Source of the DNA: Alphaproteobacteria bacterium
GTDB lineage: Bacteria > Pseudomonadota > Alphaproteobacteria > JAAXGF01
DNA: 64,000 nucleotides
NCBI GenBank assembly: GCA_963555825.3
Contig: CAUVXB020000001.1
Coordinates: 192,001 to 256,000 of the forward strand
Direction of reading: 5' to 3'
The translations under genes and the position numbers were made by a program. Below are positions 1 to 9,680 of the stretch, piece by piece. Every line of letters starts with the position of its first letter. Positions within the stretch are counted from its first letter, which is position 1. The notes beneath the pieces were generated by a model, which ran no database searches, was not told the origin of the DNA, and worked only from the letters and a program-made list of their open reading frames with translations.

Positions 1-42
1 AACGTCCCTCGGGCGTTTTGTCGGAAGCTACGGTAGCCTGCC

Positions 43-903
43 ATGATCACGGTCTATTACGGTCATCGCGTCACGCGCAACGGATCGACCGCAACATTCG
101 GGCCCGATCCGGGGAACGTGCTCGCGGCGGCGGCATTCGAGAGTTTCGTCGCGTCGTTGGGTGTCGAGAACGCGCTCTCGATCGATGATCTCGACGGACC
201 AGCGCGGGCGGCGAGCCGCTTTCTCCTCACCTTCGACGACGGCTACGCCGACAACGTGACCGAGTTGCTGCCGATACTCGAGCGCATGGACCTGCCGGCG
301 ATGATTTTCGTCACCACGGGATTTCTCGACGACGACATGCTTCCCTACGGCTCGCGGCTGACCTTGTTTCTCGAAAGCCATAGCGAAGTAGGCTTGCCCG
401 ATGGCAATTCACGGCGGGTTTCGAATGGCGAGGAAAAGGCGGCGCTCTACAGCGAGATCAAGCGGCGGATCAAACCCATGACACATTCGAACCGGGAGCG
501 GTTCCTGGCTTCGCTGGTCGCGCGGGACGGGTCCACCGCAGCGACGACGATCCCTTCGACGCGCGTGATGCTGACGCGCCAGGAGACGCGTGAACTCGAC
601 CGCCACCCCTTGATCCGCATTGGCGCGCATTCGCAGACGCATTCCCAATTGAACGCCATCTCGCGATACGCCGCCTATCGCGACATGGCGACCAGCAAAC
701 GCAGCCTGGAGCGGATACTGGGCAGAGCCGTGCCGGACTTCGCCTATCCCTACGGCGCCCATGGCCGGGCCGTTTGTTGGCTGGCGCGCCTGTGCGGTTT
801 CAAGCGCGCGTTCACGACCGAGTCCCGGGCGATCGAGAACCTCGGCAAGGAATCGGCAATGAAACTGCCGCGGGTCGACCTCGTGAAGGCAGCGCGGAAG
901 TGA
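43..903 (+). CDS. Polysaccharide deacetylase (NodB/CE4 family)
   Basis: LTFDDGY, GAHSQTH and FAYPYG motifs; 286 aa. Confidence 0.9.
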   Translation: MITVYYGHRVTRNGSTATFGPDPGNVLAAAAFESFVASLGVENALSIDDLDGPARAASRFLLTFDDGYADNVTELLPILERMDLPAMIFVTTGFLDDDMLPYGSRLTLFLESHSEVGLPDGNSRRVSNGEEKAALYSEIKRRIKPMTHSNRERFLASLVARDGSTAATTIPSTRVMLTRQETRELDRHPLIRIGAHSQTHSQLNAISRYAAYRDMATSKRSLERILGRAVPDFAYPYGAHGRAVCWLARLCGFKRAFTTESRAIENLGKESAMKLPRVDLVKAARK

Positions 904-951
904 GAGCCGTCTGGAATTGCTCGTGCCTGGAGTTGCCGATTCAATGCCTTA

Positions 952-2126
952 TACCAGTGAGCGCCTGAATTGACTCTCGGGATATTCATTGATGGCGGAT
1001 GATGGCGGATTGTGATTCTATGGTCTCCCACCAGATGTGGGGGATGTCATGGGATCAGCACTCAAGATACGGGATGATTTGACGCCTTTGGAGCTTCGGC
1101 GCTGGGCTCGCGTGGAATCGTACGGTCGAGCGGCGGCGCGGGCCTATGGGATCGCGAATGCTTTGGAGGAGATGCCCCGGGCTGATGCCGCGCGGCTTGC
1201 GGGGATGGATCGCCAAACGCTTCGCGACGCGGTTGTTCGTTACAATGCAAAGGGATTGGAGGGGCTTCACGACCGTCCAAAGGGCTACTCGCCGCGGCGG
1301 CTGACGGCAGACGAGGAAGCGGCGCTGGCGGCGGTCATCATCGCCGGGCCGGAGCCTGAGCGCGACGGGGTTTGCGCCTGGACCCGGGCCGATCTGTGCC
1401 GCTGGCTGGAGGAGCGCTTCGCCAAGACCTACCACCCCTCGAGCATGACCCGGGTTCTACGGCGGATGGGATTTTCCCGCCAGAAGGCGCGCCCGAGCCA
1501 CCCGCGAAGGGACGCCGAAGCGCAGGAGCGCTTCAAAAAAGGGGGCTTCGCGACATCCTGAAGGCGACCGCCGCGGCGCATCCCGACAAGCGCCTACAGC
1601 TGTGGTTTCAGGATGAAGCGCGCGTCGGCAACAAGGGCCGGGTGTGTCACCGGTGGTGGCGCAGGGGCGAGCGTGCCCCCGGGACGCGTCAAATCGGCTA
1701 CCAGTGGGCCTACATCTTCTCCGCCGTGCGCCCGGACACCGGCGACGACGTCACCCTGGTGATGCCGAGCGTCAACGCCAAGGTCATGGACCTGTTTCTC
1801 GCACACTTCGCCGATACCCTGGACCAGGATGCGCACGCCGTCATGATGTGCGACGGCGCCGGTTGGCACGACGAGCGCGCCCTCACCGTCCCCGACAACG
1901 TCACCTTGGCGCTGTTGCCGCCTTACAGTCCCGAACTCAACCCCGTCGAGCGGGTTTGGCTCTACCTACGCGAACGCTTCCTATCGCTCCGCGTCCTCGA
2001 CGACACCGAGGCCATCATCGACGCCTGTTGCCAAGCATGGATCGACCTCATCGCAGAACCGGATCGTATGCGAACCCTCTGCGCCTATCCATGGATCATG
2101 AAGGTGATTTCATAGGCTCACTGGTA
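952..2126 (+). mobile_element. IS630-family element (two-ORF, frameshifted)
   Basis: Terminal IR TACCAGTGAGC (952) / GCTCACTGGTA (2116-2126); slippery A6G5 at 1535-1545. Confidence 0.9.
1049..2115 (+). CDS. IS630 transposase (winged-helix OrfA 1049-1561 plus DDE OrfB to 2115, joined by -1 frameshift)
   Basis: FQDEAR, CDGAGWH and LPPYSPELNPVE motifs; FKKGG at the frameshift site. Confidence 0.88.
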
Positions 2127-2224
2127 TTACAATGCGCTGCAGACAGTCGTTGGCAAAATAGCCGTTAAAAGCACGCGGCACAGAACCGGCGCGCCCTTCG
2201 TTAGCTGAGTCGGGAAACCTGGAG

Positions 2225-2594
2225 CTACGCCTTGCGATAGCCGACAGCACACCAGAACGGTGCCGTATCGGAAAATTCGATACGGTCGAGTCCGGCGGCA
2301 TGCATCATCGTCTCGATCTCTGCGCGCGAGAAACGCCGTTCGAGGCGCGTGCCGAACCGATCGAGCGCGTCGGTGCGCATGGTGTAGAAGCTCTTGTCAC
2401 GATACGTGGAGAGCGGCCAGTCGGCGACGTCGGCGCCGAGCCGCTCGATGATCCTCGCCGCTCTCCCGAGCGGCCAATAAACAAGCGCGGCGATGACCTC
2501 GGCGATCGGCCGTCGGACGACGAAGGGGAGGATCGATATCAGCCGTCTGAGGCCGTTCGAAACATGCCAGATCAGCTTGAACCACGTGGGCCGA
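2225..2594 (-). pseudogene. C-terminal half of the class I SAM methyltransferase interrupted by IS256
   Basis: Minus strand reads RPTWFKLIWHVS...MRTDALDRFGTRLERRFSR...FWCAVGYRKA*; continues the 5778-6256 half across the 9-bp TSD GTGGGCCGA. Confidence 0.85.
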
Positions 2595-2612
2595 GAGCTA
2601 TTGTCAAAAGTT

Positions 2613-4413
2613 GACGGGGCGGTAAAAAGTTGTTGGCCGATGGCGTGCTTGTACAGGTCTTTGCGGTTCGGTGAAGAATATTTGCCTGTCTCCGCGTTGC
2701 TGGTGGATAAAACCTGATATTACCTACCCTTGGCTTCTCCTTGGCTTCGTTTTTTATGGTGCGATTGCCGCGCAGCGTCGGATATTGAGGCCGAGGGCAC
2801 GCAGATTGACCACGTAGCGCATGGCCGGCATGCCGCGAATGCGTAGGTGAGCCAGGTTCATCTGGTACTTTAATCGCGACATGGTCGCTTCTATGCCGGC
2901 CCGCCATCTGTAGACGTTGCGGAAGGCATCGCTTTGTTCATAAAGCCGGCGCTTTTGGTTGGCAGCCCTGGCCGGGGTATATTGAAAGCGGGAAAATTGG
3001 CCGTCACGCTTGGCCGCCTGCACGGGACATCGCAGTATATCGGGACATTTTTGGCAGATGGAGAGGTCGAAACGGGCCTGCAGCTTGGCTTTGGCGAGCG
3101 AGGCTGAAACCGGTTCGACGTTATTGGGACAGCGCAAGACCAAGCCTTCTTCGTTGAGAGTGAAATCCTCCAACGTCAACCGTCCCGAGACGGCGCCTTT
3201 CGGCGGTCGTGCGGGCGCCACGAGATTGATGTTCTGTTCGCGCGTCAGAGCCATGTTGTCACTGGAACCGTAATGTGAATCACCCAGCATCACCGCCGGC
3301 GTCAGCGCGCGCTCGCTCAGATCATCCAGCGCATCGGCTAAGCGATGGCCGTCATGCACCGTCATCTTGTGGACCTCCACGTGGGTGATGAGGTCCGGTG
3401 TCGCGGCAACCGCCTCGTTACTGACATCTTCACAATAGGTTTCGACGATCTGCGCCATGTATCCTTGACCCTTGTGCGCGTTGTAGCTCGCGTCCGGGTC
3501 GGCCGGATTGCCGACGGTATCGCACGGCACATCCTTTGGATCTCGAATCGCGGCGCGCGTTGCGTCACGATCGCCATACTCATCATCAACGATCTCGAAC
3601 TGATCGCGCAGAACCCTCTCCAGGATCGCAAAACTGAAAAGCTTTGCCGCCGCCGTGTCACGGAATTGCAGCACCAGGGCTAGGAGATACTGACCCGCTT
3701 CGCCGAGGCGCCGTTTTGAAACACTCGGCGCCGTATTCGCGAACGCGCCATTACCCTCGCGATCGACATAGCGGCGGATCACCTCCTTGCTGATCTGCTC
3801 GTGCAGACCGGGATGATATCGCTCAAGCTCACGGGCAAACTTCGAGATGCTCTCAACAACGATACCAAGTCGTGTCAGCGCCCGCATTGCCGAACGAAGG
3901 GCCGTCGAATCCATGCGTTGGTGGCTGGTATCGACAGAGAACCCCTGCACCAGCCGATCCGTCAAACACCGGAACAGCAATTCATCGAGACCTTGTTCGA
4001 TAAACAGACGGCGATAGTTGCGCAGGGTTTTCTCACAGAAATAGCTGTCCGCTTCGCTGCGCACGTCCAAGGCATAGTGCCACGCCATATTGAAGGCCAG
4101 GGCCTCGACGGTCTCTGCATCGCTCAGATCGTGCAGCTGCTGCAAAAGCAAGACCCCGATGACAACGTGTAGATCCTTCGATGGTCGGCCCATGCGTTCA
4201 TCAAGGTGACGGCAAAGATCGTCAACCGGAAGTTCGACAAGCAGATGGTTCCGAAAAACCCCGGCCCAGGATTGCTCCATCAGGCGCCGACGTTTGTCCC
4301 CGAAATCGGACCAGCGATCAAACAATTCCCCAGTCCGTCGGTCGCGTAAAGTAAACATGCACAATTATAATCCAGCCGACTCTCATGAGGAATCGACTTT
4401 TTACCGCCCCGTC
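2613..4413 (-). mobile_element. ISNCY (ISDol1-like) / IS1182-like element nested in the IS256 end
   Basis: IR GACGGGGCGGTAAAAAGT / ACTTTTTACCGCCCCGTC; duplication AAAAGTT at 2606-2612 and 4414-4420. Confidence 0.85.
2754..4358 (-). CDS. DDE transposase (DUF772-like N-terminus, DDE_Tnp_1_6-like C-terminus)
   Basis: GRPS, MDST, DPDASY, GDSHYGS and YRWRAGIEATMS motifs; ~534 aa. Confidence 0.88.
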   Translation of the reverse strand: MFTLRDRRTGELFDRWSDFGDKRRRLMEQSWAGVFRNHLLVELPVDDLCRHLDERMGRPSKDLHVVIGVLLLQQLHDLSDAETVEALAFNMAWHYALDVRSEADSYFCEKTLRNYRRLFIEQGLDELLFRCLTDRLVQGFSVDTSHQRMDSTALRSAMRALTRLGIVVESISKFARELERYHPGLHEQISKEVIRRYVDREGNGAFANTAPSVSKRRLGEAGQYLLALVLQFRDTAAAKLFSFAILERVLRDQFEIVDDEYGDRDATRAAIRDPKDVPCDTVGNPADPDASYNAHKGQGYMAQIVETYCEDVSNEAVAATPDLITHVEVHKMTVHDGHRLADALDDLSERALTPAVMLGDSHYGSSDNMALTREQNINLVAPARPPKGAVSGRLTLEDFTLNEEGLVLRCPNNVEPVSASLAKAKLQARFDLSICQKCPDILRCPVQAAKRDGQFSRFQYTPARAANQKRRLYEQSDAFRNVYRWRAGIEATMSRLKYQMNLAHLRIRGMPAMRYVVNLRALGLNIRRCAAIAP

Positions 4414-4433
4414 AAAAGTTGTGTATGGGCTGA

Positions 4434-5678
4434 TCATGCGGCGGCGCGATCCTGGCGTTCTCCATCTACGAATTTGACGCCGCGAATGATCTCGGCGAGA
4501 TGGTTCGATCCATCGAGTTTTCTCCATTTTCTCTGAGCGCACTGGCATAGTTTGAAGACCATGGCCATCGCCGTCTTGCGCGACAGGCAGCCCTTGGTCC
4601 GGTAGGTGCGCAGACGAACCGTGGCGAACGTGCTCTCGATGGGGTTGGTCGTGCGTACATGCTTCCAGTGCTCGGCGGGGAAGTCGTAGAACGTCAGCAG
4701 GACGTCGCGGTCCTTGGCCAGGCAGGCCGCGGCCTTGTCGTACTTCGGCCCGTAGGCTTCCAGGAAGAAGTCGAAGGCGCTCTCGGCATCCTTCCTGGTT
4801 TCGGCCATCCAGATGTCTTGCAGGCGCCCCTTGGCTTTCTTTTGCAGACCCTTGGGCAGCTTGTTCAAGACGTTGCCCGTCTTGTGAACCCAGCAGCGTT
4901 GCTCGCGGGCGCCTGGGTAGACTTGGCGGAGCGCCTTCCAGAAGCCGAGCGCGCCGTCGCCGAGCGCCAGTTGCGGACCCATTTCAAGGCCGCGCCGCTT
5001 GAGATCGAGCAGAACTTCGAGCCAGGACTGCTCACTTTCGCGATAGCCGTCGGCGATGGCGATCAGTTCCTTCTGTCCCTTGTCCGTGGCCCCGACGATC
5101 ACCAGGATGCACTGCTTCTCTTCCTCCATGCGGGCGCTGAAATAGATGCCGTCCACCCAGAAATAGACGTAGCGCTTGGCCGTGAGGTCGCGCCGTTGCC
5201 AGCGCTCCGCCTCAACCCCCCAGACCTCTTTCAGCCGGGTGATCGTGGAGGCCGAAAGCCCCGGCGCGGAGCTCCCCAGGAGCGCCGCCAAGGCTTCCCC
5301 GAAGTCGCCGGTGGAAATGCCCTTCAGATACAGCCATGGCAAAAGGTCTTCCAGGCTCTTGGCGCGGCGCAGATAGCGCGGCAGGATCGCCGACGTGAAG
5401 CGGATGGCGCCGTCCCCCCGGTCCCGCACACGGGGTTGGCGCACGCTCACCGGGCCGATCCCGGTCTGGATGAAGCGTTCCGGCAGATATCCATTGCGGA
5501 CAACCCGGCGGCGGCCGGCGGCGTCAACAAGCGCCGCATGGCTACCCAAAAACACGGAGACCTCGGCCTCAACGGCTTGGGCCAACAACTCGCGAGCTCC
5601 AGCTTGTAGGACTTCCGTCAACGGATCTTTCTGAAAATCAGATGGGTTTTGAAAAGCAACAACGGTATTCTCTTTCAT
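4434..5678 (-). CDS. IS256 (Mutator-type) transposase
   Basis: RNGY, WVDGIYF, GDGALGFW, QRCWVH and RTTNPIES motifs. Confidence 0.95.
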   Translation of the reverse strand: MKENTVVAFQNPSDFQKDPLTEVLQAGARELLAQAVEAEVSVFLGSHAALVDAAGRRRVVRNGYLPERFIQTGIGPVSVRQPRVRDRGDGAIRFTSAILPRYLRRAKSLEDLLPWLYLKGISTGDFGEALAALLGSSAPGLSASTITRLKEVWGVEAERWQRRDLTAKRYVYFWVDGIYFSARMEEEKQCILVIVGATDKGQKELIAIADGYRESEQSWLEVLLDLKRRGLEMGPQLALGDGALGFWKALRQVYPGAREQRCWVHKTGNVLNKLPKGLQKKAKGRLQDIWMAETRKDAESAFDFFLEAYGPKYDKAAACLAKDRDVLLTFYDFPAEHWKHVRTTNPIESTFATVRLRTYRTKGCLSRKTAMAMVFKLCQCAQRKWRKLDGSNHLAEIIRGVKFVDGERQDRAAA

Positions 5679-5777
5679 GGCGTATCCTTCCTTGGCTTAG
5701 CTCAAGTGGTGACATCAACAATCACCAGGATACGCCGCCTTCATTTCAACGCCGTACACAAGATTCGGTTATAGCTC

Positions 5778-6256
5778 GTGGGCCGATCGTCCAAGGCATA
5801 GTAGAGGTAGACCAGAAATGGCGCGCCGGGCTTGAGCTTGCGCGCGCAGGCGGCGAGCCCGGACGCGGTGTCCGGGAGGTGGTGCAGCACGCCGAGAGAA
5901 TAGCCGAAATCGGCGTCTGCCTCGTTCAGCGGCATGTCGTTTATGCTTGCCAGATGGAAGCTGCAGTTGGGTAGCTCATGCAGGTTGTCTCGCGCAACGC
6001 CAAGCGCCTCGCTGCTCGCGTCGACGCAATGCAGATGGCCGACCCTGGGCGCGACGAAACGCGCCCAGCGGCCGGTACCGCAGCCGGCGTCGAAGCCGAC
6101 CGCGCCGTCGGGCAGCGCCGACCACGGGAAGATGCGGAAATAAGCCTCGAAGATGGCGCGCAGTTCAGCTTCGGCGACACCTGACTGGTCGAACGCCGCC
6201 CATTCCTTGCCGAAGCCATCGACGGTCGGTTTGTCGAGGTTGGTCACGACTCGCAC
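5778..6256 (-). pseudogene. N-terminal half of a class I SAM methyltransferase (IS256-disrupted)
   Basis: FDAGCGTGRW and LGVLHH motifs; reading frame runs into the IS256 end at 5777. Confidence 0.88.
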
Positions 6257-6336
6257 CTGGCCGGCGCGTTTTCAAACATGGTGCTGTATGCAAACCCCCC
6301 GTATGGCGGTCGAATTCCCATCTCGCCCTTCGCTGC

Positions 6337-7059
6337 CTAGATACGCTCGAGCACGACGAACAGTCGGAACGCCATCAGCCGGCCGAGCACCGGAGCGAGC
6401 CGGTCCTCGAGGCGCAACATTGGCGCGACGGCGCCGCGTGGGATCAGAGACCAGCGCCGAAAGCCGCCCGACATCGGGTAGGCGAACAAGCTGAGCAGGC
6501 GCGCCGCCTTCATTTCGAGCTCGGGCACTGCGTCGGCGAACGCGCCGGGCTGGCGTAGGAACAGAAGGGTGGGGATCGCCTGATTGGCGTCGAACGGATC
6601 GCTGTCCGGGTCGGGCGCCGCGGCGGCCAGCGGATCGGCGTCCATGAGCACCGGTTCGGGGTGGAACCAAGTGTAGAAGATACGGCTCACCGGCGTGATC
6701 GCCGGCTCGATCATGACCAGCCGGCCGCCGGGCCTGAGGATGCGCACCGCCTCGCCGAAGAAGGCGCGCGGCGCGCTCAGATGGTGCAGCACGTCGAGCA
6801 TGGCGATGTTCGCGAAGCTCGCGCCGGCGAAGGGCAGGGCGTGCGCGTCGGCCACCGTGTCGAGCCAGGGCGCCGGCAGCACATCGGTCGTCACGACGTC
6901 GTCCGCGATGGTTTCGAGGCCGCCGCCCGAGCCGATCTCGAGGCTCGGTCCGGGCACGCAGGCCGCCGCGATGCGCCGGTAGTAGTCCTCGTAAATCTCG
7001 CGCAGGACCGCTTTGTCCCGCCACGCGTCGCGGCGCTCGGCGAGGCGCGTGTCGGTCAT
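6337..7059 (-). CDS. Class I SAM-dependent methyltransferase (Methyltransf_11-like)
   Basis: LEIGSGGG, DAHALPF, DVLHH and LRPGGRL motifs; ATG 7059 overlaps the upstream stop (ATGA). Confidence 0.88.
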   Translation of the reverse strand: MTDTRLAERRDAWRDKAVLREIYEDYYRRIAAACVPGPSLEIGSGGGLETIADDVVTTDVLPAPWLDTVADAHALPFAGASFANIAMLDVLHHLSAPRAFFGEAVRILRPGGRLVMIEPAITPVSRIFYTWFHPEPVLMDADPLAAAAPDPDSDPFDANQAIPTLLFLRQPGAFADAVPELEMKAARLLSLFAYPMSGGFRRWSLIPRGAVAPMLRLEDRLAPVLGRLMAFRLFVVLERI

Positions 7060-8519
7060 ATGGCCTTGAGCTTGCGGTATGCGAAAACGACCATGCGCAG
7101 CAGCAGCCAGCCGTGCGTGAAGCGCGATATCTGGGTCTCGCCGTAGGTCCGCGCACCGTAGCGGATCGGGATGTCGATCAGCTTGAGGTTCAATTTGGCG
7201 GCGCCGAAGATCAGGTCGAAATCGCCAAATGGATCGAAATTGCCGAAATAGGCGCGGTTGGCCGCAATGCGTTCGTAACACGCCTTGGTCAGCACCTTGG
7301 TGCCGCACAGCGTATCGGTGATGCGCTGGTTCAGAAGCCAGCGGAAGATCAGCGAGAACGCCCGGTTGGCGACCCAGTTGAGCGGCGGCATCGCCTCGTC
7401 CTCGAGCGGATAGACCAGGCGCGAGCCGTTGATGAACTCGCCCTTGCCCGAGATCAGTGCGTTGTAGAACTTGGGCAGCGCCTCGGGCGGCACGGTGAGG
7501 TCGGCGTCGAGGATCATGAGCACCTCGCCGCGCGCCGTGGCGAAGCCCTTGCGCACGGCATCGCCCTTGCCCTTGCCGTCCTGGCGGATGACCCGAATGT
7601 CGAATTCGTCCTTGTAGGCCTCCTTGACGCGCAGCGCCTCTTCGTAGGTGCCGTCGACGCTGTGGCCCTCGACGAACAGAATCTCGAGGTCGTCGCAGAA
7701 CCGCGGCATGCGCGTCACCGCGGCTTCGATATTGCCGCGCTCGTTGCGGCAGGGCACGACCACGGTGGTCGAGAGATCGCCGAGTTCGGCGTCGCGCAAG
7801 GGGCGGGCGACCAGGTAGTTGCGCAGGCACAGCCGGCGAATGCCGGGCAGGGTGCCGACGACCCGGTTGATCAGCCGGCCCAGGCCGAGCAGCCGTTTGG
7901 GCACGAGTTGGCGCCAGTCCTGCTTGATGATCTCGAAGTCGGCGAGCGAGACGAGCGACGCGATGTCGTCGGTCCACAACCAGTTCTGCTCTTTCTGGGG
8001 CATCTTGCCGCCCATCGACTCGGCCAGCCGAAGCAGCGGTTCCCAGCTCTTGGCATAATAGGCGATGACCAGCCGCGTGTCGCGATGACACAGATCGTGC
8101 AGACTGGCCAGCGTGGTCTCGCAGTCCTCGAGGCTGCCGATCGTGTCGGACAGCACGATAACGTCGAAGGGCCCGTCCAGGTCGGCCAGCACGGTGGCGT
8201 CTTCGACGTCGCCGACGTGGAATTCGAGGTCGGGATAGTCGGCTTGCGCGATCTCGATCATGCCACGGCTGATGTCGATGCCGACGCCGTGCGACGGCTT
8301 GAGCGCATCGAGCAGTTGTCCGGTGCCGCAACCGAGCTCGAGGACGCGCAGGCCTTCGTCGACCAGGAAACGCATGTAGCGCCGGTCCTCTTCGTAGTAG
8401 TACGCGTTGCGCTCGACCCATCGGTTGCGCTCGGTCGCGAGACGATCGGCGAGGTCGCGGATCGCCTGCTTGCGCGGCGAGAGATCGCCTGACATTTCTG
8501 ACTTGTCGTCGGTCGTCAT
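7056..8519 (-). CDS. Bifunctional SAM methyltransferase / GT2 (DPM-synthase-like) glycosyltransferase
   Basis: LELGCGTG N-terminal domain; VVPCRNE, ILDADL and DTLCGTK in the GT2 domain. Confidence 0.92.
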   Translation of the reverse strand: MTTDDKSEMSGDLSPRKQAIRDLADRLATERNRWVERNAYYYEEDRRYMRFLVDEGLRVLELGCGTGQLLDALKPSHGVGIDISRGMIEIAQADYPDLEFHVGDVEDATVLADLDGPFDVIVLSDTIGSLEDCETTLASLHDLCHRDTRLVIAYYAKSWEPLLRLAESMGGKMPQKEQNWLWTDDIASLVSLADFEIIKQDWRQLVPKRLLGLGRLINRVVGTLPGIRRLCLRNYLVARPLRDAELGDLSTTVVVPCRNERGNIEAAVTRMPRFCDDLEILFVEGHSVDGTYEEALRVKEAYKDEFDIRVIRQDGKGKGDAVRKGFATARGEVLMILDADLTVPPEALPKFYNALISGKGEFINGSRLVYPLEDEAMPPLNWVANRAFSLIFRWLLNQRITDTLCGTKVLTKACYERIAANRAYFGNFDPFGDFDLIFGAAKLNLKLIDIPIRYGARTYGETQISRFTHGWLLLRMVVFAYRKLKAI

Positions 8520-8527
8520 TTAGCGCG

Positions 8528-9472
8528 TTACGCCTTGGGCTCGGGCTGTGCGTCGGTGCCGGCCATCATCCATAGCACGCCCCCCGGCCCCCCGGTCAGC
8601 ATGATGACGAGACCGAACGCGACCGATAGCGCCAGCGCCTCGTGGGCGGCGACGCCGATGAAGCCGAAGGCGGCGACCATCGCACCCTCGCGCACGCCCC
8701 AGCCGGCGAGCGAGATCGGCACCACGGAGGCGAGGATCACGGGCGGCACCAGCACGAGGCAATCGAGAAAGCCGACCGGCACGCCGAGACCGATGGCCAG
8801 CGCCGTCATCATCGTGATCGTGATCAGGTGGATGCCCAGCGACATTCCTATCACGGCGGTGGCCGGGCGCAGCTTGAACAACACATCGCGCACGCCTCCG
8901 GCGAGCTTGGCGATCGCATCCGACAGTCGGAAGCGGGCCGGCAGGGTGAACAGCCGGTCGATGACGACGATCAGCACGAAGCCACCCGCGATGGCGCCGA
9001 GCCCGATCATCACGCCGTTGCGCGCAATCGGATCCGCGACCCGGGCGAATAGCGCCGGAAGTGTCGTGATCGACAGCAGCGCGAGCGCCGCGAGCGCGAT
9101 CAGCCGATCGATCAAGACCGAATTGACGGCGCCGGCCAAGCGAAACCCGGCGCGCCGGACGAGCCAGATGCGCACGGCGTCGCCGCCCACCGTTGAGGGC
9201 AGACATTGGTTGAAGAAGACGCCGATCAGGGTGAACCGCAGCAGCATCAGAATGTGCAACGGCTTGCCGAGTTGGCGACAGACAATGCGCCAGCGGCCCG
9301 ACCCCAACACCGGCTGCGTGAAGGCGAGCACGAGCGTCGCGACGATCCAGCCGGGCGAGGCCTCGGCGAAGGTCTTTCCGACGGCCTCGAGATCGACGTT
9401 GGCGGCGAGCAGCCAAAGGAGGCCAACGGTAACGCCAAAGCGCACCGCAAAGCCGATTATATCATGATGCAT
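8528..9472 (-). CDS. Lysylphosphatidylglycerol-synthase TM / flippase-like membrane protein (UPF0104)
   Basis: Multiple TM helices; FFNQCLPSTVGGD and PISLAGWGVREG motifs. Confidence 0.88.
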   Translation of the reverse strand: MHHDIIGFAVRFGVTVGLLWLLAANVDLEAVGKTFAEASPGWIVATLVLAFTQPVLGSGRWRIVCRQLGKPLHILMLLRFTLIGVFFNQCLPSTVGGDAVRIWLVRRAGFRLAGAVNSVLIDRLIALAALALLSITTLPALFARVADPIARNGVMIGLGAIAGGFVLIVVIDRLFTLPARFRLSDAIAKLAGGVRDVLFKLRPATAVIGMSLGIHLITITMMTALAIGLGVPVGFLDCLVLVPPVILASVVPISLAGWGVREGAMVAAFGFIGVAAHEALALSVAFGLVIMLTGGPGGVLWMMAGTDAQPEPKA

Positions 9473-9680
9473 TAATTCTCCCGCATCGCCATGGCTGCGC
9501 AGAGATGCGCAGGGATGCGATAAAGTAGCGGTTTCTGCATTTATAGAAGGTTTCAGTTGCCATTTCCCGCTTGCGCCTCCCTGTCAGGGACGCGCCATGA
9601 TGCGCCCCGGTTTGAGGGCGGTCGCTTGCATAGTGCTTACGGATCGTCCGGGCGGCAGAACGAGAATAGCCGGAAACGCC

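Larger units (their letters stand above)
2595..5777 (-). mobile_element. IS256-family element, copy 1 (1375 bp net), with an ISNCY element nested in its terminal IR
   Basis: Ends GAGCTATTGTCAAAAG / TTCGGTTATAGCTC; TSD GTGGGCCGA at 2586-2594 and 5778-5786. Confidence 0.93.

Noticed and set aside
6337-8421. 694-aa ORF suggesting a long fusion protein
   Set aside because: Only the last 240 aa (from ATG 7059) look like protein; the rest is an off-frame read of the glycosyltransferase gene.
9455-9480. AT-rich TTATATCATGATGCATTAAT as a dif or att site
   Set aside because: Poor match to XerC/D arms and no second copy seen in the window.
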